A DNA stretch of 32,884 bases from Octopus bimaculoides. Lineage: Eukaryota. Positions within the stretch are counted from its first letter, which is position 1. Every line of letters begins with the position of its first letter. The stretch is taken from assembly GCF_001194135.2 (NCBI RefSeq), contig NC_069000.1, positions 16,485,799 through 16,518,682 on the forward strand, in the 5' to 3' direction. This document shows positions 10,282 to 21,973 of this stretch, one piece after another. The position numbers and the translations under genes are program-made. The notes under the pieces are model-generated. The model was not told the origin of the DNA and did not search any database. It saw only the letters and a list, made by a program, of their open reading frames with translations.

Positions 10282-10302
10282 TGTGTGTGTGTTCGTGTGT
10301 GT
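9783..10302. repeat. (TAGA)n followed by a tandemly duplicated purine-rich/(GA)n/(GT)n unit
   Basis: The anchor gattgactgataaaaaaa..aaacgagaggaagatgga occurs at 9949 and 10105. Confidence 0.85.
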
Positions 10303-10814
10303 GTAAAGGAAAAAGAGAAACTTTATCACATTTTCAGTTATTGTCTGGTAAACGTTGGACAACAGGACATAATTGCGGCTATAAACTTTTGTGATTAAAA
10401 GGGAGCAACAAGAGAAAATTAGATGGAAGGATTTTTGCTATACCGAATATGCACATGTATGTATGTATGTATGTATGTATGTATGTATGTATGTATGTGT
10501 GCATGTGTGTATGTGTTTATGAATGTCTCCCTGTATGTGCGTGCGTGCTTGCGAGCGAGTGTTTATGCATGAATATATAGCTTAAACATATTTACTCTGT
10601 CGCCTTAACATATACGTACGTATATTATGTACATTCATTCGAATAGATGCTTATGTATACACACACACACACGCACATGTATATATACAACCATATATAC
10701 ATATATATAATAGTCACCATATGTGTGTGCACGCACGCGTGTTTAGGCATGAATACATAGCATAAAGAAATTTACTCTGTTGCTGCAATATACACATACA
10801 CACACATCCATTTG

Positions 10815-10846
<32 letters not shown>

Positions 10847-11417
10847 NNNNNNNNNNNNNNNNNNNNNNNNNNNNNNNNNNNNNNNNNNNNNNNNNNNNNN
10901 NNNNNNNNNNNNNNNNNNNNNNNNNNNNNNNNNNNNNNNNNNNNNNNNNNNNNNNNNNNNNNNNNNNNNNNNNNNNNNNNNNNNNNNNNNNNNNNNNNNN
11001 NNNNNNNNNNNNNNNNNNNNNNNNNNNNNNNNNNNNNNNNNNNNNNNNNNNNNNNNNNNNNNNNNNNNNNNNNNNNNNNNNNNNNNNNNNNNNNNNNNNN
11101 NNNNNNNNNNNNNNNNNNNNNNNNNNNNNNNNNNNNNNNNNNNNNNNNNNNNNNNNNNNNNNNNNNNNNNNNNNNNNNNNNNNNNNNNNNNNNNNNNNNN
11201 NNNNNNNNNNNNNNNNNNNNNNNNNNNNNNNNNNNNNNNNNNNNNNNNNNNNNNNNNNNNNNNNNNNNNNNNNNNNNNNNNNNNNNNNNNNNNNNNNNNN
11301 NNNNNNNNNNNNNNNNNNNNNNNNNNNNNNNNNNNNNNNNNNNNNNNNNNNNNNNNNNNNNNNNNNNNNNNNNNNNNNNNNNNNNNNNNNNNNNNNNNNN
11401 NNNNNNNNNNNNNNNNN

Positions 11418-11459
<42 letters not shown>

Positions 11460-12267
11460 TATATGTATATATATATACATACATATATATATGTGTATAT
11501 ATATACATATTTATTATTATATATATATATGTATATATGTATATATATGTATGTATACATGTACATATATATATATTTATTATATATTTATGTGTGCGTG
11601 TATGTATACACACAAACATATATAGGGGAGTGAAGGAGAGAGAAAGAAAGAAGTAGGGTGGAGAGAGGCTGTGGGTAGTGTGTATGTGTGTGTATGTGTG
11701 CGCATGTGCGTCGCAAGAGAATGAGTACACTGTCCCTAGCTCCAGATATTGTCTTGTATTTATTCTTTTTATTTTATATCTCACCTGCCATGGACATATA
11801 GACATAAACACACACACACACACACACACACACAGACCCACACACAAATGTACATACGCATACATATACGCACTGACTAAATATAAACATAACGTCTAAA
11901 CCAACGTGGGTCTTCCCAGGTCAGTCAATCGATCTGTCAGTTGTAGTGGTTCAAGGATCAACCCGTGTCGATGCTTGAGGAGACATAAAAACGCTCTATG
12001 CTTAGAATTTCACCAGATGTTCCAATATAGAAAACGATTAAACAGATAAGTATAAATAACAATAATACCAATAATGATAGCAGTGCAAATAGTTGTGATT
12101 TGGTTTAGTAATAATAATAAAGATGATGATGATGATGATATCGTTATTAATATTATTCATAATTACCTGTGTCACTGGAGCAACAGAAATGACTGTTACA
12201 ATACACTGCAATCTTAAAAATACAATACCATACAAAAGACACAGAAACACTCTCATATATATATATC

Positions 12268-12268
12268 G

Positions 12269-12311
<43 letters not shown>

Positions 12312-12553
12312 TCATCGTTTAACGTCCGCTTTCCATGCTAGCATGGGTTGAACGATTTGACTGAGGACTGGTGAAACCAGATGGCGACACCAAGCTCCAA
12401 TCTGATTTGGCAGAGTTTCTACAGCTGGATGCCCTTCCTAACGCCAACCACTCCGAGAGTGTACTGGGTGCTTTAACGTGCCACCGACACGAAGGCCAGT
12501 CAGGCGGTACTGGCAACGGCCACGCTCAATCTGTATTTTACGTGCCACCTGCA
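12268..12553 (-). mobile_element. RTE-related retroposon 3' end with (ATG)n tail
   Basis: The (CAT)n tract at 12268-12312 abuts tttaacgtccgctttccatgc. It contains ggatgcccttcctaacgccaacc, a motif recalled from RTE-type 3' ends. Truncated by a gap. Confidence 0.6.
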
Positions 12554-12849
12554 NNNNNNNNNNNNNNNNNNNNNNNNNNNNNNNNNNNNNNNNNNNNNNN
12601 NNNNNNNNNNNNNNNNNNNNNNNNNNNNNNNNNNNNNNNNNNNNNNNNNNNNNNNNNNNNNNNNNNNNNNNNNNNNNNNNNNNNNNNNNNNNNNNNNNNN
12701 NNNNNNNNNNNNNNNNNNNNNNNNNNNNNNNNNNNNNNNNNNNNNNNNNNNNNNNNNNNNNNNNNNNNNNNNNNNNNNNNNNNNTATACATATGTGTGTG
12801 TGTGGATATATGTGGATGTGTGTGTGTGTGGGTGTGTAATTGATGAGGT

Positions 12850-12925
12850 AAACGGAGGATGGATTTAGTACGAATCTTTGTTCAGCACGACGAATAAAGA
12901 TTCATACTAAATCCATCTTTCGTTT
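12850..12925 (+). other. 76-nt stem-loop (34-bp arms, 8-nt loop)
   Basis: aaacggaggatggatttagtacgaatctttgttc-agcacgac-gaataaagattcatactaaatccatctttcgttt. As plus-strand RNA it has 30 Watson-Crick pairs, 3 G-U pairs and 1 C-A mismatch. Confidence 0.85.
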
Positions 12926-12988
12926 CCCTGATCAATTACACTGTAGATTTCCTTATGTAGAGCCAGTGAAAATTATATCGTAACTGTA

Positions 12989-13133
12989 GATGTGCCCGTA
13001 ACTTAACGGTTTCGGCAAGACCCCAACGGACTTAATAAAAAAATATGAACTGAGGTTGACTTGTTGGACTAAACACTTCAAGGCGATGCCCTAGCATGGT
13101 CACAGTCCAGTGACTGAAACAAGTAAGAAAAGA
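12989..13133 (+). mobile_element. Diverged SINE tail module (family T)
   Basis: cccgtaacttaacggtttcggc..agcatggtcacagtc..gactgaaacaagtaa matches 18035-18228. Confidence 0.7.
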
Positions 13134-13594
13134 TAATAGAAGACAAGCACCTTCTTTATATTCATTATCATTATTTTTGTCAACATTGACCTCCACCAAT
13201 TCATTTATATTTCAAATTTTATCCGATTCTTTTGAGTGCCGCAGTGAAATATATTGCTATATAGTTCTTCCTTTACCACAACTGCAAAATCTATGGAAAC
13301 TGGTTAAGTAAGCGATATGTCAGCATATGTCAGTGTCAAAAATGTGTCAGTTGTGATTAAAGATGTCAGTCCGGTGGTGACGAAAGTAACAGATTGGGTA
13401 ACGATTTCCTCGTGGTATTCCGTGTAGTTTAAGCCGAAAAATGATACGCCCGTTTAATTTCCAGAAGCTTTTCCCTACTCTGTGTATGTGTGTGTGTACA
13501 CACACACACACACACACACATACAAACATGCACACAGCATGTGTGTTCGTTTATATTCGTCTCGTGCCTCGTTTATATAATATATATATGTATG

Positions 13595-13674
<80 letters not shown>

Positions 13675-14495
13675 AATTAAAAGGGTAAAGGATTATCAAT
13701 TTATTAATTAATAAATCAATTAATAATTAATAATTTTTACCAAGCCCATCGGTATGAAAGCACCATTATTGGTGGAGNNNNNNNNNNNNNNNNNNNNNNN
13801 NNNNNNNNNNNNNNNNNNNNNNNNNNNNNNNNNNNNNNNNNNNNNNNNNNNNNNNNNNNNNNNNNNNNNNNNNNNNNNNNNNNNNNNNNNNNNNNNNNNN
13901 NNNNNNNNNNNNNNNNNNNNNNNNNNNNNNNNNNNNNNNNNNNNNNNNNNNNNNNNNNNNNNNNNNNNNNNNNNNNNNNNNNNNNNNNNNNNNNNNNNNN
14001 NNNNNNNNNNNNNNNNNNNNNNNNNNNNNNNNNNNNNNNNNNNNNNNNNNNNNNNNNNNNNNNNNNNNNNNNNNNNNNNNNNNNNNNNNNNNNNNNNNNN
14101 NNNNNNNNNNNNNNNNNNNNNNNNNNNNNNNNNNNNNNNNNNNNNNNNNNNNNNNNNNNNNNNNNNNNNNNNNNNNNNNNNNNNNNNNNNNNNNNNNNNN
14201 NNNNNNNNNNNNNNNNNNNNNNNNNNNNNNNNNNNNNNNNNNNNNNNNNNNNNNNNNNNNNNNNNNNNNNNNNNNNNNNNNNNNNNNNNNNNNNNNNNNN
14301 NNNNNNNNNNNNNNNNNNNNNNNNNNNNNNNNNNNNNNNNNNNNNNNNNNNNNNNNNNNNNNNNNNNNNNNNNNNNNNNNNNNNNNNNNNNNNNNNNNNN
14401 NNNNNNNNNNNNNNNNNNNNNNNNNNNNNNNNNNNNNNNNNNNNNNNNNNNNNNNNNNNNNNNNNNNNNNNNNNNNNNNNNNNNNNNNNNNNNNN

Positions 14496-14527
<32 letters not shown>

Positions 14528-14624
14528 GTAAGATATTTAAGGACAGATTTTAGTTTATATTTTTAAAAAAACAGGTATATAATAACTAATAACTTTATTT
14601 ATTAAAAAATACTATGAGGATAAA

Positions 14625-14820
14625 AATAAATCTTCAGCTTCATCAACTGCTTCTATATTAGATCTAAATCATCTACATTTTCGAATCAAGTGGTTCTGGT
14701 TCATTTTAGACATTACTCTGACTATGGCAGCTTTCAAAGAATCTTTCGTGTTATGGACGTGTCCATTGACCTCTCTCTCAACAATGTTCTACATGTAATA
14801 GTCCAATGGATTGAGATCTG
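14625..14820 (-). mobile_element. Tc1/mariner (maT, DD37D-like) transposase C-terminal remnant
   Basis: DLNPLDYYM*NIVEREVNGHVHNTKDSLKAAIVRVMSKMNQNHLIRKCR*FRSNIEAV. DLNPLDY carries the third catalytic Asp; two stops are present. Confidence 0.75.
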
Positions 14821-14994
14821 TCCTGTTTTATTATTTCTATGTGTCCTTGTCCACCATATTCGTTTTCTTGAACGGTTCTTGCTACATGTTGTATCAGAAA
14901 GAGGTTGCAATTCTCTCGCTCAGGCTTCTTACATTTCATTAGGGTAAAGGGACACAAAATACACTGCATTTCCCGAACAACCCACTCGCAACGC

Positions 14995-15162
14995 AGTCTA
15001 GTTGATTCCGAGAGAACCCAGACGAACGAAAGGTAAATTTGACCCCGGTTTTATTTGAACTCAGAACGGAAGCCCTAACGATTCTGTCAACAGATTGCTT
15101 CCAGTATTTGTCAATTACTTTGCTTATTGACCCGAGGAAACTGAAAGGCTAAGTTTACCCGG
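14995..15162 (-). mobile_element. Two diverged family-B SINE fragments
   Basis: gaaaggtaaatttgacccc..tttgaactcagaacg and ttattgacccgaggaaactgaaaggctaagtttaccc resemble 26831-27029. Confidence 0.45.
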
Positions 15163-15231
15163 CTGCTGCTGTTGCTATCGCCGCTACCGCCGCTACCGCC
15201 GCCGCCGCCGCCGCCGCCGCCGTCGCCGCCG
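15162..15231. repeat. (GCC)n tract
   Basis: Visible in the sequence; ends in a gap. Confidence 0.9.
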
Positions 15232-16319
15232 NNNNNNNNNNNNNNNNNNNNNNNNNNNNNNNNNNNNNNNNNNNNNNNNNNNNNNNNNNNNNNNNNNNNN
15301 NNNNNNNNNNNNNNNNNNNNNNNNNNNNNNNNNNNNNNNNNNNNNNNNNNNNNNNNNNNNNNNNNNNNNNNNNNNNNNNNNNNNNNNNNNNNNNNNNNNN
15401 NNNNNNNNNNNNNNNNNNNNNNNNNNNNNNNNNNNNNNNNNNNNNNNNNNNNNNNNNNNNNNNNNNNNNNNNNNNNNNNNNNNNNNNNNNNNNNNNNNNN
15501 NNNNNNNNNNNNNNNNNNNNNNNNNNNNNNNNNNNNNNNNNNNNNNNNNNNNNNNNNNNNNNNNNNNNNNNNNNNNNNNNNNNNNNNNNNNNNNNNNNNN
15601 NNNNNNNNNNNNNNNNNNNNNNNNNNNNNNNNNNNNNNNNNNNNNNNNNNNNNNNNNNNNNNNNNNNNNNNNNNNNNNNNNNNNNNNNNNNNNNNNNNNN
15701 NNNNNNNNNNNNNNNNNNNNNNNNNNNNNNNNNNNNNNNNNNNNNNNNNNNNNNNNNNNNNNNNNNNNNNNNNNNNNNNNNNNNNNNNNNNNNNNNNNNN
15801 NNNNNNNNNNNNNNNNNNNNNNNNNNNNNNNNNNNNNNNNNNNNNNNNNNNNNNNNNNNNNNNNNNNNNNNNNNNNNNNNNNNNNNNNNNNNNNNNNNNN
15901 NNNNNNNNNNNNNNNNNNNNNNNNNNNNNNNNNNNNNNNNNNNNNNNNNNNNNNNNNNNNNNNNNNNNNNNNNNNNNNNNNNNNNNNNNNNNNNNNNNNN
16001 NNNNNNNNNNNNNNNNNNNNNNNNNNNNNNNNNNNNNNNNNNNNNNNNNNNNNNNNNNNNNNNNNNNNNNNNNNNNNNNNNNNNNNNNNNNNNNNNNNNN
16101 NNNNNNNNNNNNNNNNNNNNNNNNNNNNNNNNNNNNNNNNNNNNNNNNNNNNNNNNNNNNNNNNNNNNNNNNNNNNNNNATATATATATATATATATATA
16201 TACATTTGCTTCATGTAGCGTATTATGTGCAATTTCTATGATTTTATTGGAAGTTGTATTGGTGCATATGTGTCAATGAATCAGTTTTTGTATTGTTATA
16301 ACAAAAACCTGCCTGCGCA

Positions 16320-16550
16320 CCCGCATCAGCCCGTAGCCTCCCACCTCATAGCTATCCGTCGCACTCTGTCGCATGCGCTGGTGCGAACATGTCTTCCGTG
16401 CCCCCACTAGATCACTCTACCAGGGCTTTACTCTCATTCGACGCAGCAGCTGTGGGCTGGAAGATGCCTCGTGGGAGGCCCCGCACCAGATGGTTGGATG
16501 TGAATGGGGAAGATCTCCAGAGGCTCGAATGACACCTCTGGTACCACTAA
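16320..16550 (+). mobile_element. Degenerate RTE-clade LINE C-terminal fragment
   Basis: SHLIAIRR, MRWCEHVFR and GWKMPRGRPRTRWLDVNGEDLQRL across frameshifts (the RW.GHV.R and RGRP..RW.D....DL motifs). Confidence 0.75.
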
Positions 16551-16800
16551 TCCGGAATGACTCCAGCCCCGTCGTGCTAGAGCATGGAGCAAGCAAGCAA
16601 ACATTATTATAACAGTAGAACACGTGTTGCGCTTATGATCGCACCATTATCGTTTTGATTCCAAGACCGGGTGATAGGGACTGGCATCCCGTTGAGCGGA
16701 AAATGATGTGTTCTCGGTCATATATACGTCATAGAATCTGGATGTCCGACTCTATGAGACCTTAGGGTCGAGACAGTACTTACTATTGTTATAAGAGGTA

Positions 16801-17039
16801 GAAGTGCGTAACTTTGTGGTTAGGGTGTCGGACTCATGATGGTAAAATTGTTGTTTCGATTCCTGGACCGGGCGACACTTTGTGTTCTTGAGCAAAACAC
16901 ATCATTTCACGTTGCTACAGTCTACTCGGCTGGCAAAATTGAGTAATCCTACGACGGGCCGGCGTCCCATCCAGATGGGGAACTTATACGTCATGAAACC
17001 GGGAAACCAGCCCTTATGAGTTGGCATGACTCGAGTAGG
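16801..17039 (+). mobile_element. tRNA-derived SINE with family-A head and core and a different tail (tail b)
   Basis: gtggttagggtg head, gtttcgattcc B-box-like site, core tcttgagcaaaacac..cggctggcaaaattgag as in 4465-4766, then unrelated sequence. Confidence 0.7.
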
Positions 17040-17660
17040 TAGAAAAAAATTGTTATAACAGGCATATAAGCAAGACCATGTATTTATAAAAGTTATACAA
17101 AAAATATTAGTTGATAACACTTCTATCCTATAGAGAATTCCGCCATGTAAATCTCAGAGATTAACAATGGAGGCTTTATTGATAGTAAAATACAAACCTA
17201 AAATCAACACAGATACAGCACACGTGAAATAAACTATGGAAGTAACCAAGAGTTGAACCGTTAGTCAGTGTTAAATCTGGCAATGTTGATCTTTATCGGT
17301 TACGATATCATTCCCATAACCTCTTGCTGCCTACTACAATCACCATTTCATTCAGAATTTGAGGTCGAGAAGGTTTTGAAACATCAATGGACATAGGAAC
17401 ATTATTGTTCCAAACATAAACGTAAAGGGAATGTGAAAAATGTTGAATAGAAAATATTAAGCTCAAACACAAACACTATATTGTCTTTAACGTGTACACG
17501 TGCACGCAAACACACACATATACACATACATGTAAGCATATACACACATACATATACGCACACACATATATATATATGCATGCGTATCTGTGTGTATGTG
17601 CGTGTGAGCGTATGTATGTCTCTTCTCTTTTTTAGTTATTAGATGTATGTATGTATTTCG

Positions 17661-17718
<58 letters not shown>

Positions 17719-18034
17719 NNNNNNNNNNNNNNNNNNNNNNNNNNNNNNNNNNNNNNNNNNNNNNNNNNNNNNNNNNNNNNNNNNNNNNNNNNNNNNNNNN
17801 NNNNNNNNNNNNNNNNNNNNNNNNNNNNNNNNNNNNNNNNNNNNNNNNNNNNNNNNNNNNNNNNNNNNNNNNNNNNNNNNNNNNNNNNNNNNNNNNNNNN
17901 NNNNNNNNNNNNNNNNNNNNNNNNNNNNNNNNNNNNNNNNNNNNNNNNNNNNNNNNNNNNNNNNNNNNNNNNNNNNNNNNNNNNNNNNNNNNNNNNNNNN
18001 NNGTGTGTGTGTGTATGCGTGTTTGTGTGTCTGT

Positions 18035-18228
18035 GTTTGTCCCCCCCCAACATCGCTTGACAACCGATGCTGGTGCGTTTACGTCGCCGTAACTTAGCGG
18101 TTCGGCCAAAGAAACCGATAGAATAAGTACTAGGCTTACAAAGAATAAGTCCTGGGGGTCGATTTGCTCGACTAAAGGCGGTGCTCCAGCATGGCCGCAG
18201 TCAAATGACTGAAACAAGTAAAAGAGTA
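18035..18228 (+). mobile_element. SINE tail module (family T), best-preserved copy
   Basis: gtttgtcccc..gacaaccgatgctggt..cgtaacttagcggttcggc..ctgggggtcgatttgctcgact..cagcatggccgcagtcaaatgactgaaacaagtaaaagagta. Seven related copies or fragments occur in the window. Confidence 0.85.
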
Positions 18229-18522
18229 TGTATATATATATATATACATACACACACTAATGCTCTCATACACACTGACACATAAATATGCACATGAACG
18301 TAACACGCACGCCGCACACACAAGTACGTACACTCACACACATGCACCTAGGCACGCAGAGATAGACTTCAGACTTCGAAGCACAAAAAATGGCCTTGTT
18401 ATGAAAATTAAGAAAATTCTCACGCGTTGCCATTACCTTCATCTTCACAATTTCTCTCACTTTCACCGTCTTTCTCATCCATTACAGCTTTCCTTCTCTT
18501 GCTCTACCTCCTTATTGCCAGC

Positions 18523-18553
<31 letters not shown>

Positions 18554-18653
18554 GCAGCAGCAGCAGCAGTCCTACCAGCTCTACAGTTAGGAGCAACACT
18601 AACACCACCATCGCTACCGCTGCTAAACACACTCATACGTGCATACTTGTTCA

Positions 18654-18692
<39 letters not shown>

Positions 18693-18695
18693 TCG

Positions 18696-18865
18696 TTCAC
18701 TGGTTTTAGTCATTAGACTGTGGCCATACTGGGTCACCGCTTTGAGGAATTTGGGTCGAACAAGTCGATCCCAGTACTTATTTTTGGGAAGTCTGCTACT
18801 TATTCTATTGGTCTTGTTTGGCGAACCGCTAGGTTACAAGGACATATACACACTAACACCAGTTG
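18696..18865 (-). mobile_element. SINE tail module (family T)
   Basis: Reverse-complement similarity to 18035-18228. Confidence 0.75.
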
Positions 18866-19066
18866 AGAAAGAGGGTGCATTAAGTGCTATAAGCACTCTC
18901 CGTCCCTTCAACTCAAAATGTAGGGTAAAACCATCCTGTTGCTTATCTTCATCTACATCCGTATGCCTTCACTCTTTTTTTTTTTTTTATCTATTAAGAA
19001 TTCTTCCTAGAAGGTGGGAATTGGATTCTTACAAGGAAACAGAAACGTCATCACCAAAGTTTGATT

Positions 19067-20190
19067 AACAACAGTGATAATTGAAACATTGTAAAAATAT
19101 CCAAGACTTTTGGAAAATCTTGGATATTTTTACTATTCCACTTATAGACTGCATCAGTAAAGTTCGTGTTAACTGATCTCTTTCTTTGCTTGAATATCTT
19201 AGCTTTTCCAGGTTGTCGCTTCGATATCTATTAACATAACCAAATGCACAGATGTTTATTGGTATAAATGTGAATTTATTATCAGGATAAAGAAGTTTCA
19301 GGTTTTGAAGCAGTTGTCCATAAATATTTATGGACAACTGCTTCGAAACTTCTCTGATTCCGAAAGAGAAGTTCACATCTACAGGGCAACTCACCTCTCT
19401 GACTTTTCTGTCTCAAATAACTATATCAGGTCTATTATATTTAAACTTAGTAGAAGTTTTGACAGGAATTCTCCGCTAATATTCCTTGCTCTCATATATA
19501 TGTATTCAGTAGAAGTGTTTTTTTTTATATATCCCACTGCAGTCTTTTCTGCAGATGGCATTGTATATTGTTTCAGCAACAGCATCATGTCGCAATGGGA
19601 GGTAGTACCTCGATGATATTTCTGATGAATTTCTGGTTATATTTTCTCATATCCTTGACAGAATAATGACATTAAAGATGTTTGCAATTGTATCTTACCT
19701 TCATCGTTCGTTTGTTCACAAGATATTTCGTAGTAGTCTTCTGCCCTTCGATTGCAAAAGTAAAACTTTCGAAATGTGACATAATGTAACGGCTACGCAT
19801 CTAAGAGAGGCCACACATCAAGTTATTATTATCATCTTCAAGTTTACTGGAAATATACCAAGTCATAACCTTTCTGTGAATGCAAAATGTTCATCTACTA
19901 GGTCTTTGCTGAGATTTGCTCGTCCTGTACTTCTGGATTCTTAAATGAAGTCATTAGGAAGAGGAAGTTTCTTGCGGAGCTCATTATCGACCTTCAGAAT
20001 GTTTTACACTTCACTTTTGAGCACTTGGTTGATGTATTTAACTATTGTAGCTATTGTTTTGCAGATGCTATCTGGGCGACATCATGCAACACTCGAAGGT
20101 TGTTTATACTGATCTTAAGTCTGCCAATATCATTGTTTTTGTGGAAGTTTACAGTTGATGTCGACATTGTAAGTTTTAACGTCAAGGAAA
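19067..20190 (-). mobile_element. Degenerate 3' half of an RLE-type non-LTR retrotransposon (a second lineage)
   Basis: SHFESFTFAIEGQKTTTKYLVNKR, SSRYYLPLRHDAVAETIYNAI, KYNRPDIVI and SCPVDVNF..NIYGQLLQNLKLLYPDNKFTFIPINICAFGYV..QSISGIVKISK. These are post-RT, CCHC-adjacent and PD-(D/E)xK endonuclease motifs, with frameshifts. The upper boundary is approximate. Confidence 0.8.
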
Positions 20191-20503
20191 CACACACNNN
20201 NNNNNNNNNNNNNNNNNNNNNNNNNNNNNNNNNNNNNNNNNNNNNNNNNNNNNNNNNNNNNNNNNNNNNNNNNNNNNNNNNNNNNNNNNNNNNNNNNNNN
20301 NNNNNNNNNNNNNNNNNNNNNNNNNNNNNNNNNNNNNNNNNNNNNNNNNNNNNNNNNNNNNNNNNNNNNNNNNNNNNNNNNNNNNNNNNNNNNNNNNNNN
20401 NNNNNNNNNNNNNNNNNNNNNNNNNNNNNNNNNNNNNNNNNNNNNNNNNNNNNNNNNNNNNNNNNNNNNNNNNNNNNNNNNNNNNNNNNNNNNNNNNNNN
20501 NNN

Positions 20504-20569
<66 letters not shown>

Positions 20570-20584
20570 TAGAGCGGGAGAGAG

Positions 20585-20895
20585 ATGGGCCGGGCAAAGA
20601 CTTAGGAGTGGATTTTGTAGATGGAAGCTGAAAGAAGCCCGAAATGTATGTGAAGCTGAAAGAAGCCCGTAATGCATGCGTGTGTATATATGTATGTATG
20701 TGTGAGTCTGAATGTCTTGGTGCTTGTTCGTCCCCCACCACTGTTTGACAACCGGTGTTGGCTTGTTCACGTCCTCATAAACTAGCGATTCGGGAAAAGA
20801 CATCGATAGAATAAGTACCATTTGTTTGACAAAAGCCTTCATGGTGGTGCCTCAGCTTGGACGCAGTTTAATGACTGAAACATGTAAAAGACAAA
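20585..20895 (+). mobile_element. SINE middle segment, internal microsatellite and family-T tail
   Basis: gggccgggcaaagac..gtggattttgtagatggaagctgaaagaagcccg (18-mer duplicated at 20624 and 20652), then (TA/TG)n, then the T module. Confidence 0.75.
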
Positions 20896-21126
20896 ATATA
20901 AGAGGGTACTGAACAGTTTCTGGCTTTGGTTAAAAGAGAATACAGTTAGTTAACTATGATTTTATTCAGCATATTCCTCTCTCAGATTCACACACTTATT
21001 GCAGCAGACTTTTACTCTGTCTAAGCTCTGTGAAAGAACTTAGAAGTTTGGGCTTCCACCTAGGTCTTACGCTATACATTTAAAGCCATCGAAACTAGGA
21101 ACATTTCAGCACCCCTTCGTTTGTGT

Positions 21127-21162
<36 letters not shown>

Positions 21163-21927
21163 NNNNNNNNNNNNNNNNNNNNNNNNNNNNNNNNNNNNNN
21201 NNNNNNNNNNNNNNNNNNNNNNNNNNNNNNNNNNNNNNNNNNNNNNNNNNNNNNNNNNNNNNNNNNNNNNNNNNNNNNNNNNNNNNNNNNNNNNNNNNNN
21301 NNNNNNNNNNNNNNNNNNNNNNNNNNNNNNNNNNNNNNNNNNNNNNNNNNNNNNNNNNNNNNNNNNNNNNNNNNNNNNNNNNNNNNNNNNNNNNNNNNNN
21401 NNNNNNNNNNNNNNNNNNNNNNNNNNNNNNNNNNNNNNNNNNNNNNNNNNNNNNNNNNNNNNNNNNNNNNNNNNNNNNNNNNNNNNNNNNNNNNNNNNNN
21501 NNNNNNNNNNNNNNNNNNNNNNNNNNNNNNNNNNNNNNNNNNNNNNNNNNNNNNNNNNNNNNNNNNNNNNNNNNNNNNNNNNNNNNNNNNNNNNNNNNNN
21601 NNNNNNNNNNNNNNNNNNNNNNNNNNNNNNNNNNNNNNNNNNNNNNNNNNNNNNNNNNNNNNNNNNNNNNNNNNNNNNNNNNNNNNNNNNNNNNNNNNNN
21701 NNNNNNNNNNNNNNNNNNNNNNNNNNNNNNNNNNNNNNNNNNNNNNNNNNNNNNNNNNNNNNNNNNNNNNNNNNNNNNNNNNNNNNNNNNNNNNNNNNNN
21801 NNNNNNNNNNNNNNNNNNNNNNNNNNNNNNNNNNNNNNNNNNNNNNNNNNNNNNNNNNNNNNNNNNNNNNNNNNNNNNNNNNNNNNNNNNNNNNNNNNNN
21901 NNNNNNNNNNNNNNNNNNNNNNNNNNN

Positions 21928-21973
<46 letters not shown>

